From assembly GCA_964356125.1 (NCBI GenBank), contig CAYHHH010000008.1:4337-68336 (forward strand): a stretch of DNA of 64,000 nt. The letters run 5' to 3'. The notes beneath the pieces were generated by a model, which was not told the DNA's origin, did no database searches, and saw only the letters and a list, made by a program, of their open reading frames with translations. Positions 18,698-26,657 of this stretch are shown here, one piece after another (within the stretch, counting starts at the first letter, position 1; the number at the start of each line of letters is the position of its first letter). Source of the stretch: an uncultured Bifidobacteriaceae bacterium. Its GTDB lineage: Bacteria > Acidobacteriota > Vicinamibacteria > Vicinamibacterales > JAMQPK01. Position numbers and translations under genes: made by a program.

Positions 18698-19870
18698 GTG
18701 TTTGCCGGCATGACACCCGTAGTTGGACAGGTGTTCCATTACCGCCTCCGCATCGACGAGGCTCTCGTGGAGCAGTTTGCCGCGATGTCAGGCGATCGCA
18801 ACCCGATTCACGTCGATCGCGCCGCCGCGCGATCGTATGGCTTCGATCGCCCGGTTGCGCATGGCGCCATTCTGTTGTCGGCGGTATCGCGCATGATCGG
18901 CCTCGACATTCCCGGCCACGGTGCGGTGTGGATGAGCCAATCGGTGGAGTGGCTGTCGCCCACGTTCGTGGGCGATGAGATTGAGTTGTCGGTGACGGTG
19001 TCGCAGGTCTCTGCGGGTACCGGAATGCTCGGCCTCGACGTCGTCGCAAAACGGGCCGACGGCGCGGTCGTGATGACGGGGCATGGGAAGGTCAAGATGG
19101 GACAAAAGCTGGACGGACATACACCGACGCCCGACGGGCGTCGCGCGGCGCTCGTGACGGGCGCGTCCGGCGCTATTGGCGGCGCCATCGCGTTACGCCT
19201 GGCGGCCTCCGGCATTGCGGTCGCGGTGCATGCCAATCAATCCGCCGCCCGGGCTGAAGCGTTGCTCGGCGAGATTCGCGCCGCCGGCGGCAGCGGTTGC
19301 GTCGTGCTGGGTGACCTGGCGTCAGGCGAAGAAGGCGCGGCACAAGTCGCGGGCGCGGCGCTTGTGGAATTGGGGCGGCTTGACATTGTCGTGCATGCCG
19401 CCACGCCGCCCCTCAACACCGTGAGCGTCGACGAGCTTTCGATGGCGGCGTTCGAGCCGTACTTGCGCTCGTACCTCGGTGGTGCACTGGGCCTCCTGAA
19501 GGTCGTTCGCCCGGGCATGGCGCAACGGCGCTCAGGCCGCTTGATCTTCATCGGCACCGCCGCTGCCTCGGCACCGCCCCCGGGTTGGGCGCCGTACGTG
19601 GCCGCCAAGGAAGCGTTGTGGGGGCTGGTCAAGTGTCTTGCGCGCGAGCTGGGGCCCGACGGCATCACCACCAATATGGTGTCTCCCGGCCTGACGATCA
19701 GCGAGCTGACCGCCAACGTTGCGAGCCGGGCTAAGGAAGTTGAGGCGCGCCGCAATCCGCTCCGGCGCCTGGCCACTGCCGACGACACGGCGGCGGCGGT
19801 CAGTTTTCTCGCGTCACTCGAGGGAGGTTACGTCAATGGAGTGAACCTCCCGGTGACGGGGGGACTGTGA
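18698..19870 (+). CDS. Fusion protein: MaoC-like (R)-hydratase hot-dog domain + SDR oxidoreductase
   Basis: N-terminal FAAMSGDRNPIHVD (MaoC hydratase motif). C-terminal ALVTGASGAIGGAIA and YVAAKEAL (YxxxK). Confidence 0.8.
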   Translation: MFAGMTPVVGQVFHYRLRIDEALVEQFAAMSGDRNPIHVDRAAARSYGFDRPVAHGAILLSAVSRMIGLDIPGHGAVWMSQSVEWLSPTFVGDEIELSVTVSQVSAGTGMLGLDVVAKRADGAVVMTGHGKVKMGQKLDGHTPTPDGRRAALVTGASGAIGGAIALRLAASGIAVAVHANQSAARAEALLGEIRAAGGSGCVVLGDLASGEEGAAQVAGAALVELGRLDIVVHAATPPLNTVSVDELSMAAFEPYLRSYLGGALGLLKVVRPGMAQRRSGRLIFIGTAAASAPPPGWAPYVAAKEALWGLVKCLARELGPDGITTNMVSPGLTISELTANVASRAKEVEARRNPLRRLATADDTAAAVSFLASLEGGYVNGVNLPVTGGL

Positions 19871-19901
19871 GTCCGTTGGCCACATCGATGCGAGATACGC
19901 C

Positions 19902-20432
19902 ATGGTGATCTGGTTCGCGGGACTGTCGGGCGCTGGCAAGTCGACCCTGTGCGAGGCGATCTACGCGCGTCTCAAGCCGCGGATGCCGGAGCTCGTGTTG
20001 CTCGACGGGGACGCCATTCGCGCCGGCGTGAGTGCGGACCTCGGTTACACCGAGGCCGACCGCACCGTGCAGGTGTCGCGCGTGCAACGGCTCGCGCGGC
20101 TGCTGTCTGAGCAGGGACTCGTGGTGATGGTGGCCGTCGTGTATGCGAGCCCCGCGCTCCTGGAGTGGAACCGATCGCAGATCCCCGGCTACTTCGAGGT
20201 GCTGTTGGACGCCCCGCTGGCGCTCGTGACCGGCCGCGATCCCAAGGGTCTGTATGCGCGCGCGGGGCGCGGTGAGACGCGCGACGTGGTTGGCGTGGAC
20301 ATTCCCTGGCACCGCCCGGCCGCGTCTGATCTGGTGCTCGACGCCGGTGCCGGTGCCGGTGCGACCGTTGAGGAACTGGCCTCGCGCGTGGTCAACGCGG
20401 TTCCGGTACTCGCTGCGCGGTGGACGTCGTGA
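19902..20432 (+). CDS. cysC: Adenylylsulfate (APS) kinase
   Basis: WFAGLSGAGKSTL P-loop, LDGDAIR, DLGYTEADR and RDPKGLYARA. Confidence 0.9.
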   Translation: MVIWFAGLSGAGKSTLCEAIYARLKPRMPELVLLDGDAIRAGVSADLGYTEADRTVQVSRVQRLARLLSEQGLVVMVAVVYASPALLEWNRSQIPGYFEVLLDAPLALVTGRDPKGLYARAGRGETRDVVGVDIPWHRPAASDLVLDAGAGAGATVEELASRVVNAVPVLAARWTS

Positions 20433-21511
20433 TGGAGTTGGTGCTCAATAAGCGCCAGTATCTCGAGCTCGAGAAGATCGCGCTCGGCGCCTTCGCGCCG
20501 TTGACCGGCTTCATGGACGAGGCCGACTTTCACTCGGTGGTCGAGCGCATGCACTTGGCGTCGGGCGAAGTCTTCGCCCTTCCGGTCTTCCTCGATGTTA
20601 ACGAGAGCGTCGCGAACGCGGTGGCGCCGGGCGACACGCTGCGCTTGCTGTGGGAAAGGACCGTTGTCGGCGAGGTAGACGCGACAAGCGTGTTTACCTG
20701 TGACAAAGACGCGGCGGCGTCGCAGGTCTACGGCACGACCGATCTCACGCATGCCGGTGTCGCGCACTTCTTCAAGTTGGGCACGCACTTCATCGGCGGA
20801 CCAGTGCGGCTGACTGCCCGCGCCCAGTTTGATTTTTCCGCTCACGAGCTGACGCCGGCGGCCGCTCGCCAACGCTTCGCCGATTTAGGGTGGACGACGA
20901 TCGCCGGTTTCCAGACCCGCAACGTCCCGCATCGCGCTCACGAATACCTGCAGCGGGTTGCGCTCGAGCACGTCGACGGTCTCTTCATCCAGCCGCTGGT
21001 GGGATACAAGAAGCGCGGCGACTACCAGCCGTTGGCGATTCTCGCGGGTTACCAGGCTCTCCTGCAGACCTGCTTTCCGCCGTCGCGCGTGATTCTGGGC
21101 GTGCTGTCGACGTCCATGCGCTACGCCGGGCCTCGCGAGGCGGTGTTTCACGCCATCATCCGCCGCAACTATGGCTGTACGCACTTTGTCGTCGGCCGTG
21201 ACCATGCCGGCGTCGGCGGCTTTTACGGCAAGTACGAAGCGCACGAGATGACCCGCCGTTTCGATGGCGAGTTGGGCATTCAGATCCTGCGCCTGTCGGG
21301 GCCGTTCTACTGCCGCCGTTGCGGACAGATTGCCACTGAGAAGACCTGCCGTCATGTGACCGACGATCCCGGCGCGACTCACGAGATCAGCGGTAGCGAC
21401 ATGCGGCGCCTGCTGTCCGGCCTCGACGAGCCGGCGCCGGAACTGATGCGGCCCGAGGTAGTTGCCAGCCTCGCCGGCCAGCCGCTCTTTGTGGACGAGG
21501 ACGAAGCATGA
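20432..21511 (+). CDS. sat: Sulfate adenylyltransferase (ATP sulfurylase, Sat type)
   Basis: GFQTRNVPHRAHEYL and VVGRDHAGVG signature motifs. ATG 20432 overlaps the cysC stop; the alternative GTG is at 20420. Confidence 0.9.
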   Translation: MELVLNKRQYLELEKIALGAFAPLTGFMDEADFHSVVERMHLASGEVFALPVFLDVNESVANAVAPGDTLRLLWERTVVGEVDATSVFTCDKDAAASQVYGTTDLTHAGVAHFFKLGTHFIGGPVRLTARAQFDFSAHELTPAAARQRFADLGWTTIAGFQTRNVPHRAHEYLQRVALEHVDGLFIQPLVGYKKRGDYQPLAILAGYQALLQTCFPPSRVILGVLSTSMRYAGPREAVFHAIIRRNYGCTHFVVGRDHAGVGGFYGKYEAHEMTRRFDGELGIQILRLSGPFYCRRCGQIATEKTCRHVTDDPGATHEISGSDMRRLLSGLDEPAPELMRPEVVASLAGQPLFVDEDEA

Positions 21512-22923
21512 GCCTGCGGAAGATCGTCGCCACCATCGGCCCCGCGACCGCCAATGCCGAGAGCCTGCGCCAGCTGTTCGCCGCCGGGATGGGCGTGGCG
21601 CGGCTGAATGGCTCGCACGCGACGCTGGAGTGGCACGCCGCGACGATTGCGCTGCTGCGCGCCACCGTGCCGGACGTGCCGGTCCTGCTCGACATCCCCG
21701 GCCGCAAAATTCGCACCGGACGGCTCGTCCATGAACCGAGCTTCGCCGCCGGCGATCAAATCACGCTCACCACCGACACCGGGCATGACGGCACGCTCAA
21801 AGTCCCGGTGAACTACGCCGGCCTCCACGAAGACTTGCGGGCCGGCCACACCATCCTGGCCGACGATGGCCAGCTGCGGTTCACGGTGGTGCGCATTGAA
21901 GGGCGCGACATCGTGTGCCGGGCCGAGGGATCCGGCACCTTGAAGAGCGCGAAGGGCATCAACGTCCCGATGGTCACGCTGCGGACCGCGATGGTCACCG
22001 AGCGCGACCGCCAGATGCTGGCCTTCGCCCGCGAGCACGGTGTCGACTTTGTCGGCATCAGCTTCGTCGAAAGCGCGGCGCACATCCAGGCGATTCGGGA
22101 TCTGATTGGCGGCTCGCAGCCGGCGGTGGTGGCGAAGGTCGAGAACCAGGGCGCGATGGATCACCTGGACGAGGTGGTCGCGGCTGCGGATGCCATCATG
22201 ATCGACCGCGGCGACCTGTCGGTGGAAACCTCGCTCGAAAGCGTGGCGCTCTCGCAGAAGCGCATTCTGACCGCGGCCCGCCGCGTCGCCTGCCCGGTGA
22301 TTGTCGCCACCGAGATGCTGCACTCGATGATCACGAGCTCGAACCCCACCAAGGCCGAAGTGAGCGACATCACCAACGCCGTGCTCGACGGGGCATCGGC
22401 GCTGATGCTGTCGGGCGAGACCGCAGTTGGTGCGTTCCCGATCGAAGCTGTCGCCACCATGCGGCGGATCGTGGATCACGCGGACCGGTTCATGTCCGGA
22501 GAAGCTGGTCCGGTCGAAGGGAACAATGCCATACCGGCTGCGGTTAGCGCAGCGGTCGGCGTGGTGTGCGCCTCGGTCGCCGTGACCAAGATCGTGGCGG
22601 TGACCATTGCCGGTTTCGCTGCGCGGGCGTTGGCGAGCCAGTTGCCGAGGCAGCCGATTCTGGCCGTGACCAGCGACGCCGCCAAGGCGCGGGCGTTCAA
22701 CCTGCTGCCGGGGGTGACCGGTGTGCACGTCGACGTGCCGTTCTCACGACGCACGACGGATCACATTCCGCGGTGCCTCGAAGCGCTGTGGCGCCACGGG
22801 CTGCTGGTCGATCACGATCTGGTGGTGGTTGTCGCCGTAGGTTATCCGCGATCCGGTAATCGAATGAACATGCTGGAGGTCCACCGGATCGACGACCTCC
22901 GGCAGACGATGGGGTGGTTGTAG
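21508..22923 (+). CDS. pyk: Pyruvate kinase paralog (full length, divergent motifs)
   Basis: KIVATIGPA, AKVENQGAM, MIDRGDLSVE, VATEMLHSM, PTKAEVSD and LSGETA, plus a C-terminal alpha/beta domain. Deviations from canonical: LNGSHAT for NFSHG, and LDIPGRKIRTG for LDTKGPEIRTG. Confidence 0.85.
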   Translation: MSLRKIVATIGPATANAESLRQLFAAGMGVARLNGSHATLEWHAATIALLRATVPDVPVLLDIPGRKIRTGRLVHEPSFAAGDQITLTTDTGHDGTLKVPVNYAGLHEDLRAGHTILADDGQLRFTVVRIEGRDIVCRAEGSGTLKSAKGINVPMVTLRTAMVTERDRQMLAFAREHGVDFVGISFVESAAHIQAIRDLIGGSQPAVVAKVENQGAMDHLDEVVAAADAIMIDRGDLSVETSLESVALSQKRILTAARRVACPVIVATEMLHSMITSSNPTKAEVSDITNAVLDGASALMLSGETAVGAFPIEAVATMRRIVDHADRFMSGEAGPVEGNNAIPAAVSAAVGVVCASVAVTKIVAVTIAGFAARALASQLPRQPILAVTSDAAKARAFNLLPGVTGVHVDVPFSRRTTDHIPRCLEALWRHGLLVDHDLVVVVAVGYPRSGNRMNMLEVHRIDDLRQTMGWL

Positions 22924-22925
22924 GC

Positions 22926-23696
22926 ATGGGGCGTTCGAGTCACGCCGGGCAGGTTGGCGAGACGGATCGCGAGACGATCTTCGATCTCGCTGGCGAAGTC
23001 GAGTCTCTGGTGGAAACGACGGTGCCGGCGCCGCGGTTGCCGCGTATGGCTCCGAGCCGCTTGGTCACGCGGTTCGCGCTCAATGGCAACCGGATCGATC
23101 ACAGCCAATACGACGAGCAAGGCCGGTTGGTGTCCCGTTCCGAGTATCGATACGACGAGCAGGGACGGCGAATCGGCCCGCGATTTTACAAAGGCGATCC
23201 CGCAGCCCTGGATCACGAACTGCGCTTCGAGTACGACGAGACCGGCCGCCGCCGCGCACGCCAGGAGCAACGAAATGCCCTGGGCGAACTGATGTTCGTC
23301 CTCCACTTTGGCTACGACGCCACCGGTCGCCGCACCCAGGTTAGGTGGGTGCAGCCAGACGGAGGAGTGATCCGCACCTACCAGATAGGGTACGACGACT
23401 CGGGAAATCGGTCGCGCATTTCGAGCATCGATGGTGCCGGCCGGACGGAGTGGCGCTCACGTACATTCTTCGACAGCCGGGGCCGGTTGCGCCTGCTACT
23501 CAGGCACGAGATGCCGATTGGTCTCAGCGTCGAGTGGCGCTGGTACGGCCGCGACGACACGCGCGGTAACTGGACGCGCAGTGTGCGCTGGCGTGCCTGG
23601 TTGGTCCGCAAGGTGATACCTGTCGTCACGCGTGAACGCATCGAACGCGAAATCGCCTATGCCCCTCACGTCGGGCCAGGCTTGGGGACACCCTGA
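22926..23696 (+). CDS. Small YD/RHS-repeat protein
   Basis: Six YD-type repeats (YDEQGRLV, YRYDEQGRRI, FEYDETGRR, FGYDATGRR, IGYDDSGNR, FFDSRGRL). No obvious signal peptide. ATG 22926 sits right after the pyk stop. Confidence 0.6.
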   Translation: MGRSSHAGQVGETDRETIFDLAGEVESLVETTVPAPRLPRMAPSRLVTRFALNGNRIDHSQYDEQGRLVSRSEYRYDEQGRRIGPRFYKGDPAALDHELRFEYDETGRRRARQEQRNALGELMFVLHFGYDATGRRTQVRWVQPDGGVIRTYQIGYDDSGNRSRISSIDGAGRTEWRSRTFFDSRGRLRLLLRHEMPIGLSVEWRWYGRDDTRGNWTRSVRWRAWLVRKVIPVVTRERIEREIAYAPHVGPGLGTP

Positions 23697-24664
23697 TGCC
23701 TGTTGTCTCGCACGCTTTGAACGTAACCCCGACGGTGGTTCTCATCGACGGGCTCACGCGATCAGGCAAGTCGCTCCTGGGACCGGTCCTCTCCAGCTTT
23801 GACCGGGTCGAGATCGAGCGGCTTGAGCCGGACGTGGAGTGGATGGGTGACCTGGCCCACTTAGGCCGGGTCGAAAGAGATGCTGCTGTGACCTTCTTGC
23901 GCCTTACGGTCGATCGCTTGTTTTACGAAGGCTTGATCGGTCGCAATACCAACTTCCGATTTGGCGATCATTCGAGTGTGTGGCGCGCGCCGTCGCGTTG
24001 GCGATACTTCCGGCGCCTGTTGTTGGACGAGCGCCTGCCGCTGCTGGACCGAGTGGCCAATGAAAGGCCGATTTTCCAGAACATGGTGCATCACCAGTTG
24101 ATGAACCTACCGCTCTACGCCGAGGCGTTTGGCGACCGTCTTCGAATGATTGAGATGGTTCGCGACCCCGTTGATCTGATTGATTCCTGGATGCGCAAGG
24201 ACAAAGGCGCCTTGATCGGAAATGATCCGCTGATCAGCATGGTATTCATCGAACGTGGCGGCAGGGAGCTGCCGTGGTACGCCGCCGGCTGGGAAGATGA
24301 GTACCTGGCCGCAAGCCCGCTCGACCGTGTGATCCGTCTCATCGCGACCAAATGGCGGCTGTCGATCGACGCTTGGCGGGCGGCCGACGAGACCCTTCGT
24401 TCGCGGCTGTTGATGATACCGTTCGAGGACTTCGTTCAGAGAACGGGCGACTACATCGACTGTCTGGGATCTTTCGTCGGCACCAGACCCACCCGGCGCA
24501 CCGCAGCCATGCTGCGATCCCAGCGATGTCCCCGCCTCTACGAGCGCTCCAAACGCGATGAGCGGTTGCTCCGCTTTCGGCGAGATGCCGGGCCCACTGC
24601 CCGGGCCGCGCTGGATGCGATGGTTGGCGAGCACGGCCAGGTAGCCACAGAAATTGCGATCTGA
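23696..24664 (+). CDS. Putative PAPS-dependent sulfotransferase
   Basis: 5'-PSB-like loop GLTRSGKS near the N-terminus and 3'-PB-like MVRDPVDLIDSW. Genomic context with sat/cysC. Confidence 0.7.
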   Translation: MPVVSHALNVTPTVVLIDGLTRSGKSLLGPVLSSFDRVEIERLEPDVEWMGDLAHLGRVERDAAVTFLRLTVDRLFYEGLIGRNTNFRFGDHSSVWRAPSRWRYFRRLLLDERLPLLDRVANERPIFQNMVHHQLMNLPLYAEAFGDRLRMIEMVRDPVDLIDSWMRKDKGALIGNDPLISMVFIERGGRELPWYAAGWEDEYLAASPLDRVIRLIATKWRLSIDAWRAADETLRSRLLMIPFEDFVQRTGDYIDCLGSFVGTRPTRRTAAMLRSQRCPRLYERSKRDERLLRFRRDAGPTARAALDAMVGEHGQVATEIAI

Positions 24665-24683
24665 CAGAAAGGAACCCACGAGC

Positions 24684-26615
24684 GTGACCGAGGCGACACT
24701 GCCCTACAAGCTGCGGATCCGCACGGGCGCTAGCGCCCAAAGCTCTTCTGCCTCGCCGACTGAGATCCACCGCACGGCGGGCTTCGTTGTCGAGGCCTCC
24801 GGCGACGTTACGTCCTGGTGGGAGACTCCCGAGGTGCGCGTCATTCTGGCCGGGCAGGTAGACGGCGTCCGCACGCGAGCCGGCGGGTGGCGTGAGTCGT
24901 CGGGGGGGCGTGACCTGGCGATCGATCCGGCCAACCCGGCACGGTCGGCGGACAAGATCGAGGGGCGCTTCGTGCTCGCGGTGGTGGGCCCTGGCGACCG
25001 TTGCTGGGTCGGGACCGATCGCTACGGCCGCGCCGACGTCTTTATATCCGGGACGGGTAGCGACCTGACACTCGCTACCGACCTTTCGCTCGTGTCGTCG
25101 CCCGGCAACGGCGGGTACGACCAGCCCGCGCTGGCACACACTTTGGTAGCGTATGGCTGGCGCGCCCCCAAACGGCACACTGCGTACGCTCGGGTGAGTC
25201 GGCTTGGTGTAGGCGAGTCGATAGAGGTCATCAATGGCCGCGGCACACGTGCGCAGCGCGAGTTCGTACCCGCCATCGCCGCGCCATTGAGCACTCGCAG
25301 TTTGAATGAATACGCGGACCGGCTGCTCGAGAGCGTGCGATTGCGAGCGTCGCGCCACGGCAACGTTGTCTTCCTCTCTTCGGGATGGGATTCGACATCG
25401 ATTCTGGCGTGTCTGGTGCACCTCTTCGGCCCCCGCAAGGTCCGAGCGGTCATCGGCCGGATGCGGTATGCCGACCGCAGCGGCGTGATCAATCAGTTCG
25501 AACTCGATCGGGCACGCGCCGTCGCGGATTACTACGGAGTGAAGCTTGAGGTGGCCGAGTTCGACTACACAAGAACGGCCCCTGCTCAGTGGGATCGCGT
25601 GAAGGGGCTATTTCTCGAGCACAACATCGCAAGCATCACGGGCCTCAACCACTTTGCCCTAGCCGACCACGTGGCGAGGACGACACGGGGCGACGAGGCC
25701 GTGTTCGCCGGCGAGATTAGCGATGGTGCCCATAATCTCGGCTTCAGCCAGTTCGTCACGGTCTTCCATGCAACTCAGGCGTTCCGTGAGTACGCCGACA
25801 AGATGGCGGGCTACCTTTATGGGCCGACTTTCTTCGGGTTGTTGCAGGATGGCAAGCACGAGTCCGACGAGGTCTTCGGATTCCTGCGGCGGAGGATGGG
25901 GCAGGCGGCGGTTGACGAGCTGGCCCCGGCCGGCGCCGCCCGAACGCAGCAACTGTTGTCGAGTTTCTTCCTCAGAGGGACGCGTTTCCCGCTGGGTTCC
26001 CTCCGGAACACGCGGGTGCTTCACCCGGCAGGGCAGCAGATCTATGCTGAGTCGATGGAACGTGCCTATCTCGCGGAGGCGGCTCAGGCCCTGACCCCCG
26101 AAACCATGTACGCGTGGTATCTCCATTTGTACAATTCGTTTCACTGGCAAGGATCGACCGTGGCGACCCTCGCGCTGACGGGTGAAGCAATGGGATTGCG
26201 GATGGCGCTGCCGTTCTGGGACAGCCAACTCCAGGACAGCCTGTCCGCACTACCCGAAGAGGCTGGGCGCGGGCTTGACTTGCACCCCACGAAATACCCA
26301 CTCAAGTGGACACTGGAGCACCGTCTCGACTACCCGTTTCACCTTCAGGTTGGGCCGCACTCGTATTTGTATGACGTCGACCCATCGTTCAGTCACTCCG
26401 CTGAAGTGCTGTATGCCTCGTCGCTGAAGCTTGTGTTCAGGGAGGCACTGCAGACCCGAAGGTATCGCGATGTTCTTGACGAGAGTGTCTTCGATCTCGC
26501 GTACCTAGATTCGATCGTCGACCACTACCTTGCCGGAGACGAAGTCCGCGGCGCCGAGTTAGGCGATCTTATGTCGCTGGCGCAGGTGGCTTCCGTTGGT
26601 TGGTACGGCCGGTAA
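24684..26615 (+). CDS. Asparagine-synthetase-B-family ATP-dependent amidoligase lacking the N-terminal catalytic Cys
   Basis: PP-loop variant VVFLSSGWDSTS. AsnB-like C-terminal domain. The N-terminus (VTEATLPYKL...) has no MC(G) nucleophile. GTG 24684 preceded by AAAGGA; the alternative TTG is at 24654. Confidence 0.75.
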   Translation: MTEATLPYKLRIRTGASAQSSSASPTEIHRTAGFVVEASGDVTSWWETPEVRVILAGQVDGVRTRAGGWRESSGGRDLAIDPANPARSADKIEGRFVLAVVGPGDRCWVGTDRYGRADVFISGTGSDLTLATDLSLVSSPGNGGYDQPALAHTLVAYGWRAPKRHTAYARVSRLGVGESIEVINGRGTRAQREFVPAIAAPLSTRSLNEYADRLLESVRLRASRHGNVVFLSSGWDSTSILACLVHLFGPRKVRAVIGRMRYADRSGVINQFELDRARAVADYYGVKLEVAEFDYTRTAPAQWDRVKGLFLEHNIASITGLNHFALADHVARTTRGDEAVFAGEISDGAHNLGFSQFVTVFHATQAFREYADKMAGYLYGPTFFGLLQDGKHESDEVFGFLRRRMGQAAVDELAPAGAARTQQLLSSFFLRGTRFPLGSLRNTRVLHPAGQQIYAESMERAYLAEAAQALTPETMYAWYLHLYNSFHWQGSTVATLALTGEAMGLRMALPFWDSQLQDSLSALPEEAGRGLDLHPTKYPLKWTLEHRLDYPFHLQVGPHSYLYDVDPSFSHSAEVLYASSLKLVFREALQTRRYRDVLDESVFDLAYLDSIVDHYLAGDEVRGAELGDLMSLAQVASVGWYGR

Positions 26616-26657
26616 CCGCCGCTGGAAACTGTCTATTGTGATCGGCTGACCTGGCGG

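Noticed and set aside
20343-20360. Tandem hexanucleotide (GCCGGT)x3.
   Set aside because: It lies inside cysC and simply encodes an Ala-Gly linker (AGAGAG) near the C-terminus. It is not a repeat element.
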